A stretch of 64,000 nucleotides of DNA, taken from positions 4,224,001 to 4,288,000 of the forward strand of contig CAVWVQ010000003.1 in the NCBI GenBank assembly GCA_963758525.1, read 5' to 3'. Shown piece by piece: positions 49,828 through 59,666 of this stretch. The DNA comes from an uncultured Phycisphaerales bacterium. Its GTDB lineage: Bacteria; Planctomycetota; Phycisphaerae; Tepidisphaerales; Tepidisphaeraceae. Position 1 is the first letter of the stretch, and each line of letters begins with the position of its first letter. The notes under the pieces were generated by a model. It did not search any database, was not told the DNA's origin, and saw nothing but the letters and a program-made list of their open reading frames with translations. A program made the position numbers and the translations under genes.

Positions 49828-49856
49828 TAAAGCTTTCAGCGCGTCCGGGTCGATGA
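49828..49856 (+). promoter_or_regulatory. Putative sigma28-type promoter of the ParA-CBM48 operon
   Basis: TAAAG-N16-GTCGATGA, same spacing as at flgM and flgG. Confidence 0.5.
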
Positions 49857-49939
49857 AGACCCCGGAAGTGGGGCTTTCGTGCGCCACGTCGCGGCCGAAG
49901 GATCGGCTGCTGTTGCCAGCGAACCAAGGAAGGTCGCCA

Positions 49940-51619
49940 ATGCGGACTATCGCAATCATCAATCAGAAGGGCGGCTGCGGTAAGACCACGACGAGCATCA
50001 ATCTCGCCGCGTGTCTTGCGCGCCTCGGGCAGCGCACATTGCTGGTCGACATGGACCCGCAGGGTCACTGCGGTGTCGGATTGGCCGTCCCCGAAGAGCA
50101 GATCGAACGAACCATTTTCGACGCGCTCATTGAAGAGCGCGACGGGAAGGTCGCGAAGATCACCGAACTGGTCTGGCAAATCGCCAGCGACTTCGATCTG
50201 GCGCCGTCCAACCTCAAGCTCGCGGCGTTCGAGCAGGTCTTCTCCGGGCGGCACGGTCGCGAGGACCGGCTGGCCAAAGCGCTGGAATCGGCCGCCTCCA
50301 CCTACTCGTGGTGCATCATCGACTGCCCGCCCAGCGTCGGGCTCATCACGTTCAACGCCCTGCGCGCCTGCGACGAAGCGATTGTGCCGGTGGAAACCGG
50401 CTACTTCAGTCTGCACGGGCTGACCAAGATGATGGAGACGCTCGAGGAGATGCGCGAGCGGTGCAGCAAGATCATCAACATCCGCGTCCTCCCCACGCTC
50501 TACGACACGCGCACCAAACTCGCCCGCGAAGTGCTCTCCGAACTGCGGGCCAAGTTCAAGAGCTATCTGATGGAGAGCACGGTCAACTTCAATACCAAGC
50601 TGAAGGAAGCCGCCAGCTTCGGACAGCCGATCACCGAATACGATCCGGGCAGCCGCGGGTACAAGGATTTTGTGAACCTCGCCCGCGAGTTGATGGGACA
50701 CCGTCCCGCCGACGTCGAGCCGGTGGCGGAAAAGCTCTCCCGTCCGCAGGAACTGGTGCAGCGCGCCAAGCAATTGGCTCAGTTGTCACAGTTTCAGTTC
50801 AAGGGGACGAGCATTCCGATGCCGACGACGGCCGCGCCGATCACTTCGGCGGCAACGACAGCGCCATTCTCCGCGCCCGCGATGACGATCAATCCGCTGC
50901 CGTCGGCTCCCGCGCGATTCCCCGAGGTGATTCCAGCATTCACCATCGACCGCCCGGCAGCTCCCATTCCGTCGCTTGCGCCGACGTCGCCCATGCCGCT
51001 GGCGGCTCCAGTCGCTGCGACGGCGCAGACTGCTCCGACGATGCAGGGTGCAGCGCCGGCGCAGACCGCGACGACAGGGCAGGCCGCTCCAATTACGCCC
51101 GCCGCCCGTCCCTCGAATCCGGTCAATCCCGATCCATTTGTTTCCGGACCGCTTCCAATGGCTCCCCGTCCCGCGGTGCCGCGGCCGCAAGTGCCGCCGA
51201 TGCCGCAGGGAATGCCCGCACTGCGGATCACTGAATCGATCGCCCCGATGTCGGCGGCGGCCCCGCGACCGTCGATGTTCATCGGCGCGGCTCCCCAGCC
51301 GATGCCGATGAAGACGACGGAACAGAAGCTCGAGGAGTTCTACGGGGTGAAGCAACTGGGCAACGAGGTCTTCTTCAGCTCGAGGTTCGAGACCGCCCGC
51401 CAGGTGCTGGTCGCCGGCGACTTCAACAACTGGTCGCCGATGGTCACCCCCATGCACCGCAACGAAAGGCCTGGCGAATGGACGATGAAGCTTCCACTGC
51501 TGCCCGGCCGATATCGCTACAGGCTGGTGGTCGACGGACGGTGGATGACCGATCCGCACAACAAGTACGTCGAGGTCAACCAGTTTGGCGAACTGAACAA
51601 CATCGTTGAGGTGGAATAA
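49940..51619 (+). CDS. ParA/Soj-family ATPase fused via a Pro/Ala-rich linker to a CBM48/AMPK-type glycogen-binding domain
   Basis: NQKGGCGKTT deviant Walker A, DMDPQG, IIDCPP; C-terminal VLVAGDFNNW...GEWTMKLPLLPGRYRYRLVVDGRWMTDPHN. Confidence 0.9.
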   Translation: MRTIAIINQKGGCGKTTTSINLAACLARLGQRTLLVDMDPQGHCGVGLAVPEEQIERTIFDALIEERDGKVAKITELVWQIASDFDLAPSNLKLAAFEQVFSGRHGREDRLAKALESAASTYSWCIIDCPPSVGLITFNALRACDEAIVPVETGYFSLHGLTKMMETLEEMRERCSKIINIRVLPTLYDTRTKLAREVLSELRAKFKSYLMESTVNFNTKLKEAASFGQPITEYDPGSRGYKDFVNLARELMGHRPADVEPVAEKLSRPQELVQRAKQLAQLSQFQFKGTSIPMPTTAAPITSAATTAPFSAPAMTINPLPSAPARFPEVIPAFTIDRPAAPIPSLAPTSPMPLAAPVAATAQTAPTMQGAAPAQTATTGQAAPITPAARPSNPVNPDPFVSGPLPMAPRPAVPRPQVPPMPQGMPALRITESIAPMSAAAPRPSMFIGAAPQPMPMKTTEQKLEEFYGVKQLGNEVFFSSRFETARQVLVAGDFNNWSPMVTPMHRNERPGEWTMKLPLLPGRYRYRLVVDGRWMTDPHNKYVEVNQFGELNNIVEVE

Positions 51620-53049
51620 TGGAACCAAACGATCCGAATCGCCGCGGCCTCAGCGAGATCAGCCATCTGTTTCTCAGCAGTGTTCGCGATCGTCAGACCC
51701 AGGGCGCTCCCCGGCCCACGCGCGTGCCGCCGCCCAAGGCGCCGGTCAATATCGACCTGGCTCCTGAAGAGCTGGCGCAATCCGCGCCCGCCCCCGCGCC
51801 GGCGGTCAACGCCTCCGACCCCGTTCATGCTCCGCCGATCACGGCGGTGCTCGCCTCGCATCTCAACAGCAAGCAATCCGAATACGTCATGCGCTATGCG
51901 CGGCACCTGGCCGCCCGTTGCGGCCGGGTCGGCGCCATCGAAGTGGGCGCCACCGATCTGCGGCTCATGTGCTTCGATCCCAGCGGCGCCCCCGGCGGTG
52001 AGCAGACTGCCGACGCGAGCGACGAACGTCAGGTTTCCGAAGCGCTGGCCGAGCTGAACTGCGATGTGAACCACTGGCTGGTGCTGGCCGCTCCGGTGCG
52101 CAGCGCCGAGGCGATGGAGCTTTTCGGCAAGATAGAGCGGTGGGTGCTCCTGAGCACGTGCGATCACGACGGGATCGTCGCCAGCTACCGCATGCTCAAG
52201 GGCCTGTCGGAGAACACCGCTTCACGTCCGCGACTTTCGCTGGCATTGCTGGATGCGACCGACGAAGCTGAAGCGGCCCGAGTTGCCGGGAAGCTTGGCA
52301 GCGTCTGCCGGGAATTTCTGGATTGGGGCCTCGAATGCGAAGGAACCATCGCCAGGTCCGCCCGCGTGGCGGAGCACGTGGTTCTCAACGCGCACTTGGG
52401 CGCGCCGTTCGCGGCGGTTGCGGGGTTCGTCGCGCAGTGCCAGTCGGTACAGCCTGTTGAGCCGCCGCAACCGGCGCCGGCCAAGGACCAAGCCATGGAT
52501 GAAGGCACGCGTCAGCTCATTGCTGAACTGGTGATTCCCGCCCAACCGGCGGCACAGGACTTTCCGCGCGTCGCCCAGACGCATGCGGAGCCCGCGGCCG
52601 AGCCGCAGCGGGAGATGCCTGGTGACGTGATCGATCTCGACGGCGCCGACGCGACGCCGGACGCGGTCATCAGCGCGATTCTCAGGCAATCGCCATCCGG
52701 CGCGATCGAATGTCCGGTGCGTGCGCCGATGTGTGCCTCGGCCCGGTTGGCCGTCACCCGCGACAAAGCCCTGGAGCTGTTTGCCGCGACCGAACGCGGG
52801 CTGGGAAATCTTCGCGGCATCGCCCAGGCGTATCGCTGGCTGCTGGAAAACCGGGCATTGATCGCGATGGCGCTGCCCCAACTGGCAGTCGACGCGACGC
52901 GTCTCCCGCGCCTTCGCCTGATTGTCGATCAGGCTGACCTCAGCGCCGAGTTGCTGCACCCCTTGTTCCAGAATGGACAGGTCACCGTGCAGGCGTTCCG
53001 CCGACTGCGATGGGGATCCAAAACCGGACTGCTTCTCGACGCCGCGTAG
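51619..53049 (+). CDS. Hypothetical protein, possible degenerate MinD/FlhG-like domain, translationally coupled to ParA
   Basis: TAATG overlap; RRGLSEISHLFLS; VVASY.MLK-like and KLGSVCREFL segments resemble FlhG C-half; no P-loop. Confidence 0.7.
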   Translation: MEPNDPNRRGLSEISHLFLSSVRDRQTQGAPRPTRVPPPKAPVNIDLAPEELAQSAPAPAPAVNASDPVHAPPITAVLASHLNSKQSEYVMRYARHLAARCGRVGAIEVGATDLRLMCFDPSGAPGGEQTADASDERQVSEALAELNCDVNHWLVLAAPVRSAEAMELFGKIERWVLLSTCDHDGIVASYRMLKGLSENTASRPRLSLALLDATDEAEAARVAGKLGSVCREFLDWGLECEGTIARSARVAEHVVLNAHLGAPFAAVAGFVAQCQSVQPVEPPQPAPAKDQAMDEGTRQLIAELVIPAQPAAQDFPRVAQTHAEPAAEPQREMPGDVIDLDGADATPDAVISAILRQSPSGAIECPVRAPMCASARLAVTRDKALELFAATERGLGNLRGIAQAYRWLLENRALIAMALPQLAVDATRLPRLRLIVDQADLSAELLHPLFQNGQVTVQAFRRLRWGSKTGLLLDAA

Positions 53050-53570
53050 AGCCCGCCGGGAACCGCAGTCGGTTTTCGCTTGAGTTCCCGAAGCACGCCA
53101 CAGCAAAGTTCCCCCTGGTTAGCCGCGACGCGCAGCGGAGCGCGTCCGCCCGCAATGCGTCGTCCTCGCGGAGCTTTCCCGCATCGTCCTGGCAATTAAT
53201 TGCCACCTTCCAGAGTCCGGCGGAACACCGCCGGACTCTTTCTTACGCGCAATGAGCCGAGAAGGCGCGAAGCAGCGAAGACGAACGCGAAGCGCGTAGG
53301 GAACGAAAACGTCCGCAGCGCGGTGGGCTGGAAGCCGCTCCCGTGGCACGGGCAGCTTGCCCGTGCAGGTTGCGTCGGAACTGACGCACTGCGCTGGATC
53401 GCATCGCGGTGCTCTCCACAATCTTTCTCTTCTTCTCGTCTTCCTGCTCCGACCGACGCCGAAGCGTCTTCACGCTCGTAGTTCATTCGCCTCGGCGCCC
53501 CACTTGTCATTCTCCTGTTTTGGTTCGCGCTGTCTTCTCGCCCCGCGGTTTTCCGCTACCATCGGCTCGT

Positions 53571-54167
53571 ATGCCGCAAATCGGATCGTCTCTCCAGCAA
53601 CAGGCGTACACCGGCGTCGTCGTCCTCCTGCTGCTGTCATTCGGGGCGGGGTTTTTTGTCGGTCACCACGGCGGAATTTCCGCTCTCAGCGGAATCCCCG
53701 CCGGCGGCAGCGATCAGGATCTGGCCTGCTGGTTTTCTCCCCGCGGTGGATGCACCAGCGCGGCCGTCGCCGAAATCTCGCGGGCGCAAAAGACCATCCT
53801 CGTGCAGTCCTATACCTTTACCTCCCGCCCCATCGGCGATGCGCTCATCGACGCACGCCATCGCGGAGTGGACGTGACGGTCGTTGCCGACCGCAGCGAG
53901 CAACACGACTCCCACTCGGAGATTTCCACGCTCGACCGCGCGGGGATCCCCGTCTACATCGATTCAAAGCATGCTATTGCGCACAACAAAGTAATGGTGA
54001 TCGACGGCGTGACGGTCATCACCGGAAGTTTCAATTTCACCCACGCGGCGGAATTTGAAAACGCCGACAACCTCCTGGTGATTCACAACCATCCCTCAAT
54101 CGCGCAGGCATACGCCGACAACTTTCAGCATCACCTGTCACACTCGGACCGATACACCGGCGGATAA
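53571..54167 (+). CDS. Phospholipase D-family endonuclease (Nuc-like, single HKD)
   Basis: FSPRGGC, YTFTS, HNKVMVID, ITGSFNFT...NADNLL; N-terminal hydrophobic segment. Confidence 0.9.
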   Translation: MPQIGSSLQQQAYTGVVVLLLLSFGAGFFVGHHGGISALSGIPAGGSDQDLACWFSPRGGCTSAAVAEISRAQKTILVQSYTFTSRPIGDALIDARHRGVDVTVVADRSEQHDSHSEISTLDRAGIPVYIDSKHAIAHNKVMVIDGVTVITGSFNFTHAAEFENADNLLVIHNHPSIAQAYADNFQHHLSHSDRYTGG

Positions 54168-54172
54168 TCCGC

Positions 54173-54658
54173 TCAACCCCGGCGTGCCGCCTCGATGGCG
54201 GCGATGTCGATCTTTTTCATCGTCATCATCGCATCGAACGCCCGCTTGGCGGCAGCGATATCGGAATCGGTGATTGCTTGCGTCAGGGCGATCGGCGTGA
54301 TCTGCCAGGACAATCCCCATTTGTCCTGGCACCAGCCGCACGAGCTCTCCCGGCCGCCGTTGCCGACGATCGCGTTCCAGTAGCGATCCGTCTCGGCCTG
54401 GTCAGCGGTTGCGACCTGAAACGAGAATGCCCAGTTGTGTTTGACCGCGGGGCCGCCGTTGAGCCCGAGGCACGGGATGCCCATCACAGTAAATTCGACG
54501 GTCAACACGTTCCCTTTCTTCCCCGACGGAAAGTCTCCCGGGGCGCGATGCACCGCGGCTACTGACGAATCAGGAAAGGTCCTGGCGTAAAACCGCGCCG
54601 CCTCCTCGGCGTCGCCATCGTACCAAAGGCAAATTGTGTTCTTTGCTGGTTTGGCCAT
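54173..54658 (-). CDS. VOC/PhnB-like protein (3-demethylubiquinone-9 3-methyltransferase family)
   Basis: ICLWYDGDAEEAARFY, LNGGP, CGWCQDKWGLSWQI, MKKIDIA; GGAG RBS. Confidence 0.9.
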   Translation of the reverse strand: MAKPAKNTICLWYDGDAEEAARFYARTFPDSSVAAVHRAPGDFPSGKKGNVLTVEFTVMGIPCLGLNGGPAVKHNWAFSFQVATADQAETDRYWNAIVGNGGRESSCGWCQDKWGLSWQITPIALTQAITDSDIAAAKRAFDAMMTMKKIDIAAIEAARRG

Positions 54659-54803
54659 GTTACTTCTCCATTGAGATGAGCCACCCGAGGCCGCAGTCAA
54701 CGAGTCTTCGCGGTCGAAGGGCATTGGCTCGCCCGACATTTCCGCGTCAACGTACAGAAAAATTAGTACCATTCCAGCGCGGCGTCACTGCGCGTTGCCA
54801 GGT

Positions 54804-54946
54804 GGGTGTGGCGCTCGAAAGTGGCGATCGGCTCCGAGTAGGGCGGGATTCATCCCGCCGATTTGTTGGCCGGCTGAGAAAACGGCGGGATGAATCCCGC
54901 CCTACGATCGCAAAATCTGCAATCGCCACAAATAAAAGTTACACCC
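54804..54946. mobile_element. 143-bp REP-carrying MITE, copy 2
   Basis: Reverse complement of 13471-13613; flanked by TGCCAGGT direct repeat. Confidence 0.9.
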
Positions 54947-55484
54947 TGCCAGGTGGGCGTGCCAGATGTTGCGCTCGCTCGCAACTCTTTCCCCCTCCCC
55001 TGGAGTACCAGGGGAGGGGGAAGCAAGACCAATCTTGATCGCGCTCCCTAGGCAACGTCGCATCGTTGCTGGTCGCGCGGAAACTGCCGCCGCGAGGCAG
55101 GAGTTGCGCCGGCGATCGCGGGCCGAGGGCACTGGTCCGGGAGGTGCGTCTTTCTCGCCAGAACACCCTAAGGCGATGTTTATTATCGGCTTACGTCCGC
55201 ATGTGACCGACGACCGCCGGAGCGACGGCGTGCGCGGCACGCGGCTTGATAAGCGCGGCTTGTCGCCGGCGCGAAGTCTCTCACGAGCTTCCCGACGGTG
55301 ACGGATCGAGAACGAAGGGCAGTGATGCGATCGGCGGAGCCGATTGCCGCGCGGCTCGCGCCGTTGCGGGCACTTCATGGATGAAGCGCTGCCAAGGTGG
55401 CGGCTGATCGACCTCTGGGCGATCGTCGCGGGAATCCGACGGGGCTTCCGTCCGGCGTGGCGGAAGCCCCTCGGAATTATTCAG

Positions 55485-56246
55485 ATGATCTACGGACTGT
55501 ACCTCTCGGCGTCGGGCGTCCTGGCAAATTCCTACAACGTGGACGTGCTGGCCAACAACCTGGCCAACTCCGAATCCGTCGGGTTCAAGCGCGACATGAC
55601 TCTCTTCCGCCAGCGCCTCACCGCGACCCAGCAGCAGCACAAGGCCGGCGATTGGAGCGATCCCCTTCTGGAACAGATCGGCGGCGGTTTGTCCGTCAAC
55701 CCCAGCGCGATCGACACGCAGCAGGGCGAGCTCGAATCGACGGGCAACGCACTCGATCTGGGGATCGACGGGAAAGGATATTTTGCGGTGAAAGACGCGA
55801 GCGGCACCCATCTCACGCGCGACGGGCGCTTCATGGTGGATGCCGACGGGAAGCTGGTCATGACCAACTCGCGCGCGAGCAAGGTGCTCGACACGCAGCA
55901 GCGGCCGATCGTGCTTTCCGTTGGAACGGCGACGTCCATCGGAAGCGACGGCAGCGTCACGCAAAACGGCAAAGCCGTCAGCAAAATCGGACTGTTCGAT
56001 GTGCCGGACAAGACAAAGCTGACCAAAGACGGCGCCGATACGATGGACTACCCCGACATGACGGATCTTCGCGCCGGCGCCGGCCAGATGCGCAGCGAAA
56101 TGGTCGAGCGGTCCAACGTCGATCCGACCAGCGAGCTGGCCCAGTTGATCGAAGCCCAGCGACAGCTCGAAGCCAACGCGAACATGATTCACTACCAGGA
56201 TGAGACGCTGCAGCAGCTCGTGCAGGACGTGGGGAAGATTAGTTGA
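55485..56246 (+). CDS. flgF: Flagellar basal-body rod protein FlgF
   Basis: GLYLSASG...ANNLAN...GFKRD, TGNALDLGIDG, TRDG, ERSNVD; precedes flgG. Confidence 0.88.
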   Translation: MIYGLYLSASGVLANSYNVDVLANNLANSESVGFKRDMTLFRQRLTATQQQHKAGDWSDPLLEQIGGGLSVNPSAIDTQQGELESTGNALDLGIDGKGYFAVKDASGTHLTRDGRFMVDADGKLVMTNSRASKVLDTQQRPIVLSVGTATSIGSDGSVTQNGKAVSKIGLFDVPDKTKLTKDGADTMDYPDMTDLRAGAGQMRSEMVERSNVDPTSELAQLIEAQRQLEANANMIHYQDETLQQLVQDVGKIS

Positions 56247-56303
56247 GTGACAGCCGGGGCTTGGGATCCACCGGGTCCGGGGGGAAGGTAAAGCGCCCGC
56301 AAA

Positions 56304-56570
56304 AATCCGAAATGACGAAACCCGAAACCAGAATCAAATAATCAAACCCGAATGACGAATGACCGAATGACGAAACAGGGGATTCGCGTGGTGATGATCT
56401 GCCATTCGATGGACCGTGACGCATTTCCAACTGTCATTGCTCTGGGTGCATGAGCCTTCGAACTCCGTTTCGGTCATTCGACATTCGGGCTTCGGGTTTG
56501 ATTCTGGTTTCGGGTTTCGTCATTCGGATTTGCTCACTCGATTCTGGTTTCGGGTTTCGTCATTCGGATC
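56304..56570. repeat. GAATGAC-family hairpin between flgF and flgG
   Basis: AATGACGAAACCCGAAACCAGAATC arm and duplicated reverse arm. Confidence 0.85.
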
Positions 56571-56589
56571 TTGACGCGATCAGGTGCCC

Positions 56590-56618
56590 TCAAGTTAGCG
56601 CCGTAGAGCGTCCGATAA
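56590..56618 (+). promoter_or_regulatory. Putative sigma28-type promoter upstream of flgG
   Basis: TCAAG-N16-TCCGATAA. Confidence 0.5.
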
Positions 56619-56642
56619 CGCCTTGTAACGGGATGAGGAACC

Positions 56643-57449
56643 ATGGCTATTGCGGCACTGCACTCTGCGGCGACGGGACTCAGGGCGCTATCAACTCAGA
56701 TCGATGTGGTTGCCAACAATTTGGCGAATGCGGAGACGACCGCGTTCAAACGCAGCCGGGTGAACTTTGAGGATTTGATTTACCAGACCGTTCGCGAGCC
56801 GGGCACGCAGGATCAGACCAGCGAGATTTCGCCGTCGGGAGAATTCGTGGGTCTTGGGACCCGCATCAGCAATACGCAGCTTGATCTCACACAGGGAAGT
56901 CTGGAGAGCACCGATCGCGATCTGGATGTTGGCATCTCCGGCAATGGATTCTTTGCGGTCAAAATTCTCGACTCGATCGGCGGCACGGGCTACACGCGGA
57001 ACGGCAACTTCTTCATCAACGAAAACGGCGACCTCGTGCTGGGGATGGGCGACGGATATCGCCTGGTGCCTCCAATCACTGTGCCGGCGGGAGTCAGCGA
57101 TATCCAGGTGAGCCAGGACGGAACGATCGAGGCGATCAAGCCGGGGTCGAACACCAAAACGAAAATAGGCCAGTTCCAGCTCACCCAGTTCATCAACCCG
57201 CAGGGGTTGAAGCTGCTGGGAGGAAGCATCTACACGGCGACCGAAGCTTCGGGCAAGCCGATCACCACGAATCCGGAGCAGCAGGGGGCCGGATCGCTGA
57301 TGAGCGGTTTTCTGGAAGCAAGCAACGTCGATCCGGTGAAGGAACTGGTCACGATGATCAAAACGCAGCGTGCGTTTGAATTGAACAGTCAGTCGATTCA
57401 GACCGCCGACCAGATTCTGCAAACCGTCGGCAACCTGAAACGATCGTAA
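56643..57449 (+). CDS. flgG: Flagellar distal rod protein FlgG
   Basis: ANNLAN..T.AFKRSRVNFEDLIYQ, YTRNGNF, FLEASNVD, QRAFELNSQSIQTADQ. Confidence 0.95.
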   Translation: MAIAALHSAATGLRALSTQIDVVANNLANAETTAFKRSRVNFEDLIYQTVREPGTQDQTSEISPSGEFVGLGTRISNTQLDLTQGSLESTDRDLDVGISGNGFFAVKILDSIGGTGYTRNGNFFINENGDLVLGMGDGYRLVPPITVPAGVSDIQVSQDGTIEAIKPGSNTKTKIGQFQLTQFINPQGLKLLGGSIYTATEASGKPITTNPEQQGAGSLMSGFLEASNVDPVKELVTMIKTQRAFELNSQSIQTADQILQTVGNLKRS

Positions 57450-57491
57450 ACAGTCCCTGTCTTCTCAGTGAAGCGACATGGAGGTCGCATT

Positions 57492-58736
57492 ATGAACGGC
57501 AGACCAATAGGAATGCGGAAAACGGTTCGTTTGATGGTGATCCTTACCATTCTGGCATGGGCCACCCAAACACTGTTTCACCAATGGGGCTATGGCGCCG
57601 AAGTTGCGCCGCAGGACGTGCCCCCCATGGCAAGCGAAAAGTTCGTGCCGGGGCCGCGGATGGATCGGCCGTCGGCTACGCTCGAGCTGCGTTCCGAAGC
57701 GCGGGTGAACGGCGCCGAGGTTCGGCTCAAGCAGATTTGCCGTTGGTCCGACGCCGATGCGCCGATGTTTGCCACGGCTGGAGAACTGGTCGTCTTACGC
57801 TTCGACGGCAACGCGCCGTTCAAGGCCATTACGCTCGATGATCTGCGAAAGACATTGGGCGACGCGGGCGTGAATATCGGCATGATCGACTTTGCCGGGC
57901 CCACGCAATGCACCGTGAGCCGGGCCGACCTGGAATATGATGCGAATACGGCGCTGGATCAGTGGATCGCCGCCCGCAAGCCCGAAGCGGCGGCACCATT
58001 GCCGGCAGCGGCGCCCGTCGCGCCCGTTCCCGCATCCGCTGCTGGCGCGTCCGCGGCGACTGATTCGAGCGCGTTGCCGGTGCATCCGTTGCGCGAACTG
58101 CTTCAGTCGGACCTTTCAACCCGTCTCAACATTCCGCTCGATCGGTTGCAGGTGAACTTCAATCCGGCCGACGCGAAGCTGCTGAATCTTTCCGAGCCCC
58201 AGTTCAAGTTCAACATCGACGGTTCGTTCAACAACAACCTCGGCGATGTCTCCTGGCAGGTTCTGGTTGTAACGGACTCCGGATCTAAAAAGGTCAATAT
58301 CGCCGCAAATGCCCGCGCCTGGCAAAACCAGATCATCTTCAGCAAGCCGCTCAGCCGCGGTGAACTGATTCGTGCCGAGGATGTCACCTCCCGCCGGCTG
58401 CTGGTCGATCGCCTTCCGAACGATCCGTTGCTGACCAGCGAGCAGGTCGCCGGGCAGCAGGCATCCCGCGACATCCAGACCGGACAAATCGCGACCGCAC
58501 AATTCGTCGAAGGGGTGCCGTTGGCGCGCGCCGGGCAATTCGTGACGGTTACGCTCAATTCAGGATCGGTGAGAGTCAAGTCCGTTGCCAGGGCAATGGA
58601 AGCGGGCTCCTACGGCCAGACGATTCGCGTGAAGAGCGAGGTGACCGATCAGACCTATGAAGTGGTATTGACTGGCCCGCAGGAAGCGACGCTCGGCCCG
58701 ATGGAAACCGCCGACGCGAAACTGGCGGCGAAATGA
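57492..58736 (+). CDS. flgA: Flagellar P-ring formation chaperone FlgA (long form)
   Basis: C-terminal SAF/FlgA motifs KPLSRGELI, GQFVTV, ARAMEAGSYGQTIRV; position between flgG and flgH; GGAGG RBS. Confidence 0.85.
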   Translation: MNGRPIGMRKTVRLMVILTILAWATQTLFHQWGYGAEVAPQDVPPMASEKFVPGPRMDRPSATLELRSEARVNGAEVRLKQICRWSDADAPMFATAGELVVLRFDGNAPFKAITLDDLRKTLGDAGVNIGMIDFAGPTQCTVSRADLEYDANTALDQWIAARKPEAAAPLPAAAPVAPVPASAAGASAATDSSALPVHPLRELLQSDLSTRLNIPLDRLQVNFNPADAKLLNLSEPQFKFNIDGSFNNNLGDVSWQVLVVTDSGSKKVNIAANARAWQNQIIFSKPLSRGELIRAEDVTSRRLLVDRLPNDPLLTSEQVAGQQASRDIQTGQIATAQFVEGVPLARAGQFVTVTLNSGSVRVKSVARAMEAGSYGQTIRVKSEVTDQTYEVVLTGPQEATLGPMETADAKLAAK

Positions 58737-58858
58737 CCTCAAACAACGACGCGCGCCGGCAGTTTGTGTTTCGCGGCTGCCCAAAGGGCAGCGTCATTCT
58801 GGAGCGTGCGTGACTAACGCACGTTCAAACCGCTCATCCTGAATATTGCGGAGACTCC

Positions 58859-59649
58859 ATGAAACGAGAGAAATGGCTGCTGACCGCGATCGCGATCTGG
58901 TTTGCCGGCGGGAGCGTCACGCTCGCGGGTCAGCCCGAGGCCGCGCCCGCGTCGAGCGGAAAAGCGCACAGCGAGGATAACGTGCGGCCGCTGAACAACG
59001 ACACGCCGGCCCGCGTCGGCGCGCTGATGCAGCAGACCGGAAGTTCGCTGCTCAAGGCGAGCCTGGCGGTGCGGGCCGATCCATCGCAGGCGAAGCTCTC
59101 CGACGTGAGCTTTTTTGCCGTCCGCGCCCCCGAGCCGCATACGCTCAAGAAGCACGACCTGGTGACCATCGTCATTCGCGAAGAGAGCGAGATCACGTCG
59201 CAGTCCAACAAGGACGTGAAGAAGGAAGCGGATCTGACGGCGAAGCTGGACCAGTTCATCCAACTCGATCTGAAGAAGCTCGCGATCAAGGGGCTCGCCC
59301 AATCGCAGAATCCCGCAGACATTGACATCAACGGCATTCGCGAATTCAAGGCCAACGGCGAGATGGATCGCACCGACAGTCTGACAGCGCGCATCACGGC
59401 GGAGGTGCTGGATGTGAAGCCGAACGGCACGCTCGTCCTTCAGGGCGCAAAACGATCAAGACGGACGAGGAAGAGCAGCAGTTTATTCTGTCGGGAATTT
59501 GCCGGGTGGACGATGTCAGCGCGGATAACACGGTGCTGAGCACCCAGATCTTCGATCTCGATCTTCAGAAGAATCACAAGGGAGACGTGAAAGACGCGAT
59601 TACCAAAGGCTGGCTGCCGCGGCTGATGCAGTTCGTGAACCCGTTCTGA
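58859..59649 (+). CDS. flgH: Flagellar L-ring protein FlgH (frameshift near 59445)
   Basis: DLVTIVIRE, ITAEVLDVKPNGTLV; shifted frame LSGICRVDDVSADNTVLSTQI...KGWL...VNPF. Confidence 0.88.
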
Positions 59650-59666
59650 TGATTTGAGATGTTCGC

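Noticed and set aside
55040..55484. c-di-GMP riboswitch in the long flgF upstream region
   Set aside because: I could not find the class I or class II consensus motifs; only generic GC-rich hairpins.
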